64,000 bases of DNA, taken from assembly GCA_017453125.1 (NCBI GenBank), contig JAFTKS010000013.1:8693-72692 (forward strand). The letters are read 5' to 3'. The notes below the pieces were generated by a model. The model made no database searches and was not told where the DNA came from. It saw nothing but the letters and a program-made list of their open reading frames with translations. Source of the DNA: Clostridia bacterium. GTDB lineage: Bacteria; Bacillota; Clostridia; Christensenellales; UBA1242. The position numbers and the translations under genes were made by a program. Shown piece by piece: positions 49,669-59,671 of this stretch. How positions within the stretch are numbered: position 1 is the stretch's first letter; every line of letters begins with the position of its first letter.

Positions 49669-52284
49669 ATGGCTTTATCACCAATGATGACTCATTATCT
49701 TAATATGAAAAAGGATTATCCAGATGCAGTTTTGTTCTATAGGCTGGGCGACTTTTATGAAATGTTTTTTGAAGACGCTGAACTATGCGCTAGGGAACTC
49801 GAACTAACACTAACAGGTAAAGACTGCGGACTTGAAAAACGTGCACCAATGTGTGGAATTCCTCACCACGCCTCAGAAAACTATATTGCAAAACTTCTTG
49901 AAAAAGGATACAAAGTTGCCGTTTGCGAACAACTAACCGAGCCAAAAAAAGGAGTTAAAATTGTAGAACGAGGTGTAGTTAGAGTAATCACACCTGGAAC
50001 GCTTATGGACTCTTCTATGCTTGATGAGTCAAAAAACAATTATATAGCTAGCATATACAAAGAAAAAGACTCTATTGGCGTTTCTATTGTAGATATTTCT
50101 ACGGGAAAATTTGTCGTAACAGAATTTAATATCGATAATATTTTGGCAAAATTGAATGACTATCTCGTAAGCGTCAAACCTAGTGAGATTATTGTTAATT
50201 CAGAAATGAAGCCATTTTATGATATGTTACCATCGGTTGTTGCTCAATATCTTCCAATTGCGAATTTGTATGACGATTCAAAATTTGAATACAATCAGTC
50301 TCTTGCAACATTGAAAAACCAATTACGCGTTGATACTTTAAAATCTTTTAATATTAACAATCGACAATTTGCTATTTGTAGTGCTGGTGCTGTATTGCAA
50401 TATATTAATGAAACTCAAAAACGACAATTAATTCATATTAATAACGTTGAATATTTTGTTTTAGACGAATATATGCAAATAGATGCTAGTACTCGAAGAA
50501 ATCTAGAATTAACAGAAACATTGAAAGATAGAAAAAAGAAAGGGACTCTTTTTTGGGTGCTTAATAAAACAAAAACGCATATGGGTGCTAGACTTCTAAA
50601 ATCATACATAGAACAACCTCTATATAATGATAAAAAAATTAATAATAGGCTTTCTTCGGTTGAAGAACTTTGTAAAAATATCGTTGCTAGAGGAAAATTA
50701 TCAGACTTGCTTTATAATGTGTATGATATTGAAAGGTTGTGTGGACGAATTAGTTATAATAATTTAGTTAACGCCGATTGTATTTTACTAAAAGAGTCTT
50801 TAAAATTAATCCCTGAGATAAAAAGTATAATTTCTGCGTTTAATTCAAATGATATAAAAAATATTTATAGCAGTTTAACAATTTTTGATTCTATTGTTGA
50901 CCTTTTAGAGTCAGCAATCGTTGATAAAAATAATATCGAAAAACCCAACAAAGAAGGGGATATTATTAAATATGGCTACAATCACGAATTAGATGAATTT
51001 ATTGATATTTCAAAATCTGGTAAGATTTGGATAAGCGAGCTTGAAGCAAGAGAAAAAGAGGCAACAGGAATCAAAAATCTCAAAATTTCTTACAACAAAG
51101 TATTTGGATACTTTATCGATGTTCCAAATTCTCAAAGCCATTTGGTGCCTTATAATTATATTCGTAGACAGACTGTTTCAAACTCCGAAAGATATTTTAC
51201 TGAGGAACTCAAAGAAATTGAAGAGAAAATTCTTAATGCAACTTCAAAAAAAGAAACTTTGGAAAAAACAATTTTTGCTCAAATTAGAGAATCGCTCTTG
51301 TCACATCTAGAAGAACTGAAAACTACAGCAAAAGCTCTTGCTGAACTTGATGTATTGCTTTCTTTTGCAACTGTTGCAATGGAAAATAATTACTGCAAAC
51401 CAATTATTTCTAAAAAGAATGATTGTCTAGAAATTATTGGTGGAAGACATCCAATTGTTGAATTAATTAATAAAAAAGAAGAATTTATTGCTAACGATAC
51501 AATTCTTAATTCTACAGACTGCAGAACAATGATCATTACAGGCCCCAATATGGCTGGAAAAAGTACTTATATGAGACAAGTTGCATTAATTGTTCTTATG
51601 GCTCAAATTGGTTCATTTGTACCTGCATCATCGGCAAAAATGGGCTTATGTGACAAAATTTTTTCTAGAATTGGTGCAAGTGACGACTTGTCAATGGGTC
51701 AAAGTACCTTTATGGTTGAGATGAGTGAAGTTAGCAATATAATTAAGAACGCAACAAACAACTCTCTGCTAATTTTAGACGAAATCGGTAGGGGAACTTC
51801 TACGTTTGATGGACTCAGTATCGCTTGGTCTGTTATTGAGTATATTTCAAAGAATTATACTGCAAAAACTTTATTTTCAACCCACTATCACGAATTAACA
51901 GAACTTGAAGGTCTACTTGATGGTATCAAAAACTATAAGGTATCTGTGAAAGAATTTAATAATTCAATTATTTTCTTAAGAAAAATTGTAAGAGGTGGCG
52001 CTAGTAGAAGTTTCGGTATTGAAGTAGCCTCTCTTGCAGGACTTCCAAATGATGTTTTGCAAAGAGCAAGAGATATCTTACATTTACTTGAGCAGAACGA
52101 TATTTCAAGAGAAGGAAAATTAACGTCTAATCTTGATAGTTCGTATGCTACAAAAAATGAACAAAATTCAAAAAATATCAAAAACATTATTGGTGTTTTG
52201 GAAGATTTGAATGTTAATAATTTAACACCTTTGAACGCTTTTGATATTCTAATACAATTGAAAAATTACCTAAAAAAGGATTAA
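49669..52284 (+). CDS. mutS: DNA mismatch repair protein MutS
   Basis: Mismatch-binding motif GDFYEMFFEDA and Walker A TGPNMAGKST. Confidence 0.98.
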   Translation: MALSPMMTHYLNMKKDYPDAVLFYRLGDFYEMFFEDAELCARELELTLTGKDCGLEKRAPMCGIPHHASENYIAKLLEKGYKVAVCEQLTEPKKGVKIVERGVVRVITPGTLMDSSMLDESKNNYIASIYKEKDSIGVSIVDISTGKFVVTEFNIDNILAKLNDYLVSVKPSEIIVNSEMKPFYDMLPSVVAQYLPIANLYDDSKFEYNQSLATLKNQLRVDTLKSFNINNRQFAICSAGAVLQYINETQKRQLIHINNVEYFVLDEYMQIDASTRRNLELTETLKDRKKKGTLFWVLNKTKTHMGARLLKSYIEQPLYNDKKINNRLSSVEELCKNIVARGKLSDLLYNVYDIERLCGRISYNNLVNADCILLKESLKLIPEIKSIISAFNSNDIKNIYSSLTIFDSIVDLLESAIVDKNNIEKPNKEGDIIKYGYNHELDEFIDISKSGKIWISELEAREKEATGIKNLKISYNKVFGYFIDVPNSQSHLVPYNYIRRQTVSNSERYFTEELKEIEEKILNATSKKETLEKTIFAQIRESLLSHLEELKTTAKALAELDVLLSFATVAMENNYCKPIISKKNDCLEIIGGRHPIVELINKKEEFIANDTILNSTDCRTMIITGPNMAGKSTYMRQVALIVLMAQIGSFVPASSAKMGLCDKIFSRIGASDDLSMGQSTFMVEMSEVSNIIKNATNNSLLILDEIGRGTSTFDGLSIAWSVIEYISKNYTAKTLFSTHYHELTELEGLLDGIKNYKVSVKEFNNSIIFLRKIVRGGASRSFGIEVASLAGLPNDVLQRARDILHLLEQNDISREGKLTSNLDSSYATKNEQNSKNIKNIIGVLEDLNVNNLTPLNAFDILIQLKNYLKKD

Positions 52285-52285
52285 T

Positions 52286-54253
52286 ATGTCAAAAATTAAT
52301 ATACTTTCTAAAGATATTTATAATAAAATTGCTGCAGGAGAAGTTGTTGAGAAACCTGCAAGTGTAGTTAAAGAATTAGTTGAAAACAGTATAGATGCAG
52401 GTGCAACTAATATTACTATTGAAGTTCTTGATGGTGGAATTTCACAAATCAAAGTATCCGATAACGGATGCGGGATTGATTTTGATGACTTTGATAAGGT
52501 TTTTCTTGCTCACGCAACAAGCAAGGTCAAAACAATTGACGATTTGTCCGGAATTGGAACACTTGGTTTTAGAGGTGAGGCGCTTAGCTCAATTGCGTCA
52601 GTTTCTAATATTACATTATCCTCAAAAACAGAAACAGCTAGTGAGGGATATCAGGTCAAAGTTAGTGGTGGCGAAATGTCTGAAATAACTCCAATTGGAG
52701 CTACAACAGGAACTTTTATTGTAATTGAGGATTTGTTCTTCAATATTCCTGCTAGAAAAAAATTTTTAAGAAAGCCAAAACTTGAAGAAAGCGATATTAC
52801 AAATTATGTTGCTAGACTAATTCTTGCAAATCCTAATATTTCTTTTAAATATATTGCTGATAACAAGATAGTTTATCAATCGTTTGGTACGGGACTTTAT
52901 GATGCTATATACTCAATATATGGAAAGTCTATTGTTGATAATATTTTCGAAGTAAATTTCGAAAGAGGAGACTTTAAGTTTTCAGGTTACCTTGGCAAAC
53001 CAACATACTCAAAAGCTAATAGAACTTACCAAACATTGATTATAAATGGCAGATATGTTATCAATCAAACTATTTCGACATCAATTTACAAAGCATACGA
53101 AAACTTTCTAATGAAGGGGAATTTTCCATTCTTTGTATTGCATTTAACTATTCCTCTTGACAAAGTTGATGTAAATGTTCATCCAAACAAACTTGAAGTT
53201 AAATTTGAAGATTCAAATTCGCTTTTTGGGCTTGTATATACTGAAATTTCCAACATTCTTTATAATATTAATACAATCAAAAAAGTTTCTACTGAAGACG
53301 AAAATCCAATCGTAGATAAAGAGAAATTAGTTACAATAGATAATGAAGGCTCTCAATTTAACGCAACTAATAATGAGGAAGATGACGAAATAAAAGAAGT
53401 TCCTCTTTCAGCTCAAGTAGAATACGAATCAAATAAACAAGATGATGAAGTTAAAGAGTTTCAAGAGAATATGACAAAAGCTGAAGAAACGAAAGGGAAT
53501 AACTATGTACCGTTTGTTTCAACTACAAAAGCATTTGAATTCAAAATAGAACAACCTAAAACAAATCAATTAGGGAATTTTGATATAAATGAAAGCTCAA
53601 GTGTTACTAAAGAAACACTTGACAGTCAATCTATTTTACCAGAAATTAACAGTGTTCAGCCTACATTCTTTCAGGAAAATACTTTCAAAATTATTGGAAC
53701 GCTTTTCAATACATATATCTTAATCGAAAAAGATAATAACTTATTGCTCATAGATCAACACGCTGGACACGAAAGACTATTATTTGATAAATTTAATCAA
53801 GAGTTGTTAAATAAAGAATTGGCATATCAACCACTTATTATACCCTTCATTCTTGAGACAAATAGAAACGAATCCATATTTATTAATGAAAATATCGATA
53901 TCATTAAAAGTCTCGGATTTGATATAGAAGAATTTGGCGATGATTCGTTCAAAATTTCTTGTGTTCCTTTGCTTTTTGAAAATATTAATCTTGAAATGCT
54001 TTTCGCAGAAATTCTAAAAGAAATGGATAACAGACTAATTATTTCACAAAAAGATATTCTTAAAGATTATATTGCAAAAAAAGCTTGTAAAAGTGCCGTA
54101 AAAGCCAACAATAAACTTACTGATAATGAAATATCGAAACTTATATCAATGCTTGATAACAAAGAACAAGTATTGCTTTGTCCGCATGGTAGACCAATAA
54201 TTGTCGAAATCGACCAAAAAGAAGTTGAAAAATGGTTCAAAAGGATTGTTTAG
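52286..54253 (+). CDS. mutL: DNA mismatch repair protein MutL
   Basis: GHKL N-terminus IAAGEVVEKPASVVKELVENSIDAG. C-terminal endonuclease-type region DQHAGHERLLF. Confidence 0.97.
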   Translation: MSKINILSKDIYNKIAAGEVVEKPASVVKELVENSIDAGATNITIEVLDGGISQIKVSDNGCGIDFDDFDKVFLAHATSKVKTIDDLSGIGTLGFRGEALSSIASVSNITLSSKTETASEGYQVKVSGGEMSEITPIGATTGTFIVIEDLFFNIPARKKFLRKPKLEESDITNYVARLILANPNISFKYIADNKIVYQSFGTGLYDAIYSIYGKSIVDNIFEVNFERGDFKFSGYLGKPTYSKANRTYQTLIINGRYVINQTISTSIYKAYENFLMKGNFPFFVLHLTIPLDKVDVNVHPNKLEVKFEDSNSLFGLVYTEISNILYNINTIKKVSTEDENPIVDKEKLVTIDNEGSQFNATNNEEDDEIKEVPLSAQVEYESNKQDDEVKEFQENMTKAEETKGNNYVPFVSTTKAFEFKIEQPKTNQLGNFDINESSSVTKETLDSQSILPEINSVQPTFFQENTFKIIGTLFNTYILIEKDNNLLLIDQHAGHERLLFDKFNQELLNKELAYQPLIIPFILETNRNESIFINENIDIIKSLGFDIEEFGDDSFKISCVPLLFENINLEMLFAEILKEMDNRLIISQKDILKDYIAKKACKSAVKANNKLTDNEISKLISMLDNKEQVLLCPHGRPIIVEIDQKEVEKWFKRIV

Positions 54254-54254
54254 T

Positions 54255-55181
54255 ATGTATGATTCTATAATTATCCTTGGGCCTACAGCATCTGGTAAAA
54301 CAAAAGTTAGTATAGAACTAGCAAAAAGGCTCAAAACTGACATTATTAATGCAGATAGTATGTACATCTATAAAAAATTGAATATAGGCACTGCAAAGCC
54401 ATCTTTGGAAGAAATGGAAGGGGTTTTTCATCATATTATAGATGTGGCCGATCCTGAAGATTCCTTTAATGTGGTTGATTACAGACAACTAGCAGAACCT
54501 ATTATTAATAGTTTTAAAGAAAAACAACAATTACCAATTATAGTTGGGGGCACAGGTTTCTATATAGATAGTTTAATTAAAAACTACTCATATGGAGACG
54601 TTAATGCAGATATGTCAATTAGACATACTTTGGAGAAAGAATTAGATGAAAAAGGTAATATGTTTTTATACGAAAAACTTTCTAAACTCGATCCCACTAC
54701 TGCTCAAAAAGTGCACCCAAATGATATTGTTAGGGTAATTAGGGCACTTGAAATATGCCTCAGTTCGGGGAAAAGCAAAACAGATTGTTTAAATGATAAA
54801 TCCCCAATTCTTTCAAATCCATTGATTATAGGGCTTAATCTTCCAAGAGAATCTCTTTACGAAAAAATTAACAAGAGAGTTGATTTAATGATAAAAGATG
54901 GTTTAATTGATGAAGTTAAGGCGTTGTATGAATCTGGATTGAATCCAATTGAGCACCAATCTATGAGGGGTATTGGATACAAAGAAATTATAGAATATTT
55001 AAATGGATTATGCTCATTAGAATTTGCAATTGACAAAATCAAACAACATACAAGAAATTATGCTAAGCGTCAAATAACTTGGTTCAAAAGAAATGAACAA
55101 ATAATATGGTTAAATCCTTCGGACACTAATATTAATGATATTGTTGATAAAATTATTAAATATGTTAATGAAAAAAAATAA
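54255..55181 (+). CDS. miaA: tRNA dimethylallyltransferase
   Basis: P-loop ILGPTASGKT. ATG 54255 lies just after the mutL stop and is preferred over ORF-track start 54201. Confidence 0.95.
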   Translation: MYDSIIILGPTASGKTKVSIELAKRLKTDIINADSMYIYKKLNIGTAKPSLEEMEGVFHHIIDVADPEDSFNVVDYRQLAEPIINSFKEKQQLPIIVGGTGFYIDSLIKNYSYGDVNADMSIRHTLEKELDEKGNMFLYEKLSKLDPTTAQKVHPNDIVRVIRALEICLSSGKSKTDCLNDKSPILSNPLIIGLNLPRESLYEKINKRVDLMIKDGLIDEVKALYESGLNPIEHQSMRGIGYKEIIEYLNGLCSLEFAIDKIKQHTRNYAKRQITWFKRNEQIIWLNPSDTNINDIVDKIIKYVNEKK

Positions 55182-55206
55182 AGTTCAAAATGAACTTTAT
55201 TTTTTA
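55180..55206. terminator. Bidirectional terminator between miaA and lexA
   Basis: AAAGTTCA aaa TGAACTTT flanked by A- and T-runs. Confidence 0.8.
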
Positions 55207-55208
55207 TA

Positions 55209-55832
55209 TTAAAATTTTCTAACAAGACCAACAACTTTTCCAAGGATTTGAACTTCGTTTACAATAATTGGTTCCATTGTATCATTCTCTGGTTGTAATC
55301 TATAATGACCATTTTCTTTAAAAAATCTTTTGATCGTAGCACTATCTTCGATAAGTGCTGCAACAATATCACCATTATCTGCAGTCGATTGTTGTTTCAA
55401 AACAATTTTGTCACCATCATAAATTCCAACATTAATCATACTATCGCCCTTGGCTGTAAGCATAAATAAATCTTCACCCTTGAAAAGCGTAGGGGACACC
55501 ATAAAATATTCTTCGTTAGTTTGTACAGCTAAGATTGGCTCTCCACAAGTTACAGTTCCAAGCATTGGAATTCGTGTAAGATTACTATGACTCGTATCTA
55601 TTGTTGAGATTGTATGTGTATCATTTCCTACAATTTCTAGAGCTCTATTTTTATTAGGATTTTTCTTGATTTTATTGGAATTTTCAAGTTTATTCAAATA
55701 ATAGAAAATAGTGCTTGTAGAACTAACCTTGATAGCTTTACACATTTCTCTAATTGTAGGGGGATAACCATTATCATTTTGATAATTTTTGATATAATTC
55801 AATAATTGTTCTTCTTTTGAAATCTTAGGCAT
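55209..55832 (-). CDS. lexA: LexA repressor
   Basis: N-terminal wHTH (GYPPTIREMCKAIKVSSTS). Autocleavage domain AKGDSMINVGIYDGD. Confidence 0.95.
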   Translation of the reverse strand: MPKISKEEQLLNYIKNYQNDNGYPPTIREMCKAIKVSSTSTIFYYLNKLENSNKIKKNPNKNRALEIVGNDTHTISTIDTSHSNLTRIPMLGTVTCGEPILAVQTNEEYFMVSPTLFKGEDLFMLTAKGDSMINVGIYDGDKIVLKQQSTADNGDIVAALIEDSATIKRFFKENGHYRLQPENDTMEPIIVNEVQILGKVVGLVRKF

Positions 55833-55885
55833 AGCGATTACCCCTTTATTTTTTTATAATAATAGCATATTACTTTTCAAAAGTC

Positions 55886-55897
55886 AAACATTTGTTC
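55886..55897. promoter_or_regulatory. LexA (SOS) box overlapping the -35 of the lexA promoter
   Basis: In lexA sense the box reads GAACAAATGTTT. It overlaps TTGACT (55887-55882), which is followed by a 17-nt spacer and TATTAT (55864-55859). Confidence 0.7.
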
Positions 55898-55905
55898 TAA
55901 ACTTC

Positions 55906-56961
55906 TTAAACTTTTTGCGATTCTCTAAATCGTACTTTTTGAGCAGCGCTACGTCTAATATCATCAGAAATTGCAGCATAGTGTTTTCTTGTTGTATTGA
56001 CATCTCTATGTCCAAGAACATCTGCTACAACATATATATCGTTTGTTTCTCTATAAAGGTTTGTACCGAATGTACTTCTGAGTTTGTGGGGCGTTATTTT
56101 CTTTAGAGGATTAACCAATTGGCTATATTTTTTAACTAATTTTTCTACAGCACGGCAAGTAATTCTTTTGTTTTGAATACTTAAAAATAGCGCTTTTTCA
56201 CTTCCAGGTAGGGGTTTTATTCTTTTACGTTGTAAGATATAATTTTGAAGAGCGTCTGAGACTTCTTCATTAAAATACAATATTACTTTGTTTCCACCTT
56301 TTCGTGTAACTTTAAATGCATTTTACTTAAAATCAAAATCATCAAGATTGAGTCCAACACATTCTGAAATACGGATACCTGTGCCTAGAAATAAAGATAA
56401 CATTGCGTAATCTCGAGCTTTTGTGTGTTTATGAAATCCTTTCTGCATCTTTGTCATATCTTCGCCAGTTTCAGCTATATTTAGGACTTTCTCAACCTCA
56501 TCAAGTTCAAATCTGATTATTTGTGATTCATGTATTTTGGGGGTGTCAATCTTTGAGCCTACATTGGAATCAATTTCTTCTTTTTTATAGAAATATTTAA
56601 GCATTGCTCTAACGCTACTTAGTTTTCTGCACTTAGCTTTTTCGCCATTTTTTACAATTTTGCCATTAACTCTATACAAACTTATATACTCAAGAAACAT
56701 CTCAAGATGTGTTGCTGTAACTTTATTAAGATCTTCAATTTCTAACTGCAGTACTTTCTTTCCATAAAAAGTTTCCGTCTCAGTCACAAGAAAGTTGAAG
56801 AATAATTTCAAGTCACGAGCATAACCTAGTCTTGTAAGAGTAGTGGTATTTTGTTCAACACCTCTAAAAAAATCTCCGCAGAATGATGGTAACTCTTTTC
56901 TAATTTCACGAATTTTTAAAATATTATCTTCATCTCTTTGAATAAAATAATTCTGATCCAT
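55906..56961 (-). pseudogene. XerC/XerD-like tyrosine recombinase interrupted by a single in-frame TAA
   Basis: ORFs 56961-56323 and 56280-55906 share one frame. The only stop between them is TAA at 56325-56323, and the intervening codons read NAFKVTRKGGNKVI. Catalytic-type motifs TGIRISE, HKLRSTF, LGHRDVNTT and RKHYAA are present. Confidence 0.8.
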
Positions 56962-57134
56962 AGAACCCCTCTTATTAATTAGATATATTTTGCGAATACT
57001 TAATTATATAATAACATTAAAAATATTCTTTGTAAAACAATTTGAATAATATTTTTTATATGACAAGACGACATAATTGTGATAAAATATAATGAAACGT
57101 ATTAATATGATAATAAATAAATTTGGAGGACGAT

Positions 57135-58052
57135 ATGTTTGTTGCAAACGAACTATTGAAGTTAGAAAACAAAGTTGATAACCTTGAGATAACAAATAAT
57201 TTTTTAACTCATTTATATCAAATTGTGAAAATGTTTATTTCAGATAAAACAATGTTTTCAATGGATAATTTTGACGCATATATTTTTGACGAATATGTCT
57301 TAGAAACCAATTGTCATAAGGATATTTTTAACTGTATTTATCTTACAATTGATCAACCTCTAAACTATAGACCATCAAAAAAGGTATCAAAAACAATTAC
57401 AAAATCCAACTTAAATAATAAAAAAGATAAACCAACCAAGACACCTAAAATCAAACCACCAGATTTATATTTTCCATTGTCTGAAATAAAACAAGGGTTA
57501 TATGAATTATTTTTGAAACACTTTGATCCAAATAATATTGTATGGATGGACAAATATGCAATTTGTATGCGAACATCAGTCTTATATGACGAGGGTGCAG
57601 TTGAGAATTATTATTTTAGAATAATCCCTTGTCTTACAAAATATAATGCAGAAAATATTAAAGGCTTGATGTACTATAATAATAATGATGTAGAAATTGA
57701 ATACCCAGACCTAGCACTTCAAAATTATCTAAAGAAAAATAAACAAACAAAAGATATCTTTAGAAAAACTATAGTGATTTTCAAAAACATTTTACTTAAA
57801 GAAAAAACAATAGACAGATTACCTTCAGAAATTATTGAAACACTATTATATAATGTTCCCAATAAATTGTTTGTTAGTACAAATAAACAAGACCTTATAA
57901 ATATTATTAATTTTATAAGAAACAATCCGATAAACTTATTCAAAACTATTGACGAACAAGATTATGCGTTTACGAGTATATATCGCTCAATGTCTTTGTA
58001 CTACTGCAAACATATTCTTAAGTTGATAGAAAAATATTTAATCAATTCATAA
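57135..58052 (+). CDS. Hypothetical protein, possibly a Pol-beta/SMODS-like nucleotidyltransferase fold with substituted catalytic residues
   Basis: GGAGG RBS (57125-57129) before ATG 57135, and its own terminator. The family suggestion is a by-eye pattern match only (see findings). Confidence 0.6.
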   Translation: MFVANELLKLENKVDNLEITNNFLTHLYQIVKMFISDKTMFSMDNFDAYIFDEYVLETNCHKDIFNCIYLTIDQPLNYRPSKKVSKTITKSNLNNKKDKPTKTPKIKPPDLYFPLSEIKQGLYELFLKHFDPNNIVWMDKYAICMRTSVLYDEGAVENYYFRIIPCLTKYNAENIKGLMYYNNNDVEIEYPDLALQNYLKKNKQTKDIFRKTIVIFKNILLKEKTIDRLPSEIIETLLYNVPNKLFVSTNKQDLINIINFIRNNPINLFKTIDEQDYAFTSIYRSMSLYYCKHILKLIEKYLINS

Positions 58053-58057
58053 AACTT

Positions 58058-58084
58058 GCTCCTGTTAAAAACAGGGGCTTTTTA
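58058..58084 (+). terminator. Intrinsic terminator after the 57135-58052 ORF
   Basis: GCTCCTGT taaaa ACAGGGGC followed by TTTTT. Confidence 0.8.
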
Positions 58085-58288
58085 TTTTAATATCAAGGCA
58101 CCTTGGTTTTAAAACAGACAAATACTTCTATACATAAACATCTATAGACAATTAAAATGTTATAGGATACGAATATATTGTTTAAGTACTACAACATAAT
58201 ACTCATAAACATATATTACAGTTTAGCTTAAAATAAATTATAAACAATAAATAACTATAAAGAAAAATACCAAATAATAAAAAACTAA

Positions 58289-58325
58289 TACTATGCAAAA
58301 TACTATGCAAATAGTACTATGCAAA
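58289..58325. repeat. Three direct repeats of TACTATGCAAA
   Basis: Copies start at 58289, 58301 and 58315 (12- and 14-bp spacing), inside a 650-bp non-coding region. Confidence 0.8.
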
Positions 58326-58487
58326 TTTTAACTTATTAAAAATCAATTCTTTACGTTGTTTTTTTAACTTTGAATATTTCTGCAATTGTATTTCTATTTT
58401 TTCATTATATTTGATATTTCTGATAATTGTTTTCAAAGCATAATCTTTATTCCGCACAACATAACTATCCATTATTATATATGGCAA

Positions 58488-58524
58488 ACAATTCGTAAAA
58501 GTTGTCTTTTGCGAATTGTTTTTA
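58488..58524 (+). terminator. Orphan strong hairpin plus T-run (plus strand) with no annotated upstream gene
   Basis: ACAATTCGTAAAAG ttgt CTTTTGCGAATTGT: a 14-bp stem including one G-T pair, followed by TTTTT. Confidence 0.5.
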
Positions 58525-58679
58525 TATACAAATCCTACATTTAGGGATTATTTTTAACTCATAAATTTGTGCAATAATTCAATTATTTACCACAAAAACA
58601 ATATTAATTCTTAATTAATAACGGCAAGAATTACTCAACCCTACTCCTTCATTTACTAATTAATATAGATTTGGTTTAA

Positions 58680-58727
58680 TAAAAAAAGAGTGGTCATACA
58701 ATATTTTGAAAGTATCCACTCTTTTTG
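58680..58727 (-). terminator. Intrinsic terminator after the DUF45/M48 peptidase gene
   Basis: On the minus strand, AGAGTGG...CCACTCT stem followed by TTTTTTT, 14 nt after the stop codon. Confidence 0.65.
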
Positions 58728-58740
58728 TGTTTTGACATAA

Positions 58741-59406
58741 TTATCTATATAGGTTCAATAAGTAGTCGTTCTCTTTTAATATCTTTTGCTGAAGTTTGTA
58801 GTTTGGCATAATTAGTGATATTATTTTATAAAAATCTTTTGAATGATTGAACTCCACTATGTGCGCTAGTTCGTGAATAAGGACAAAGTCTAATGTTTTG
58901 TGTGGTAACATTATCAATCGAAAATTGAGTTTTATATTTCTATTGCTATCACAACTGCCCCATCTAGATTTTGTATTGTTAATTGTTATTCCTGCATAAT
59001 CTATCTGCATCACGTTTGAAAGGAACTCAATTCTATCATTCAAAATTTTTTTTGCATTAGATATAAACCATTGCTTTATTCTAAGTATCTTATTTTCATA
59101 TTGATACGGAACAATTAGTTGGTCGCTTGTTAGTTCTATTTTTTTGATACCTTTCATTTCAACAACGTCATATTTTTTACCTAAGAATTGAATCTTATTA
59201 TAATTTATAACATCTTTGTTTATTGATAATCTATTTTGAATTTCTTCTTGTTTGGAGTTTATCCATTTTTCTTTCTCTTTTATGTATTTGAAAATTTCAT
59301 CAATAGAAAGTCTTTTGGGTGCGTGTACAACCAATTCACCAGTTTTTGTAACCGTTAAACTCAAACTCTTTCTATGTGTTCTTATTATCAAATCTGGTGT
59401 TATCAT
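58741..59406 (-). CDS. YgjP-like (DUF45/M48-family) zinc metallopeptidase
   Basis: HEXXH motif HELAHIVEFNH near the C-terminus. The preceding SRWGSC pattern is typical of DUF45. Confidence 0.85.
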   Translation of the reverse strand: MITPDLIIRTHRKSLSLTVTKTGELVVHAPKRLSIDEIFKYIKEKEKWINSKQEEIQNRLSINKDVINYNKIQFLGKKYDVVEMKGIKKIELTSDQLIVPYQYENKILRIKQWFISNAKKILNDRIEFLSNVMQIDYAGITINNTKSRWGSCDSNRNIKLNFRLIMLPHKTLDFVLIHELAHIVEFNHSKDFYKIISLIMPNYKLQQKILKENDYLLNLYR

Positions 59407-59671
59407 ATACGCCTCCTATTTGATTTCTATTATTAAAATTTCTATAGATTTTATATTATTTTTTTGTTTTTATTAGTATATCAAATTGGATTTTAAATTA
59501 CAAATAAACAATCGGATTATAAAGACTTTTTGATCTCTTGCATAGCATTTTATTTGACTATTTTTGTATTATTATATATATTATATATAAGTGAGTAATA
59601 TTATATATATCATTTTTATTGATTATTCATCTATATAATCACATTAAACATTCAAGTAATTTGGAGAAATT

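Noticed and set aside
56323-56325. Possibility that the in-frame TAA in the recombinase reflects an alternative genetic code or programmed recoding.
   Set aside because: TAA terminates many clearly complete genes in the window (for example proS, spoIIIAH and rpsO). No selenocysteine- or pyrrolysine-type mechanism is known for TAA. A nonsense mutation or sequencing error is more parsimonious.
58289-58325. The triple TACTATGCAAA repeat as a mini CRISPR array.
   Set aside because: The repeats are only 11 bp with 1-3 bp between copies. There are no spacer-sized units and no cas genes.
58713-58721. A DnaA-box-like TATCCACT.
   Set aside because: It is a single imperfect copy inside a terminator stem, with no cluster and no AT-rich unwinding element context.
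59571-59609. TA-rich ATATATATTAT segment as a dif-like Xer site (compare the B. subtilis dif core).
   Set aside because: Only the AT-rich central part resembles dif. The flanking XerC/XerD arm sequences are absent, and such TA runs are expected by chance here.
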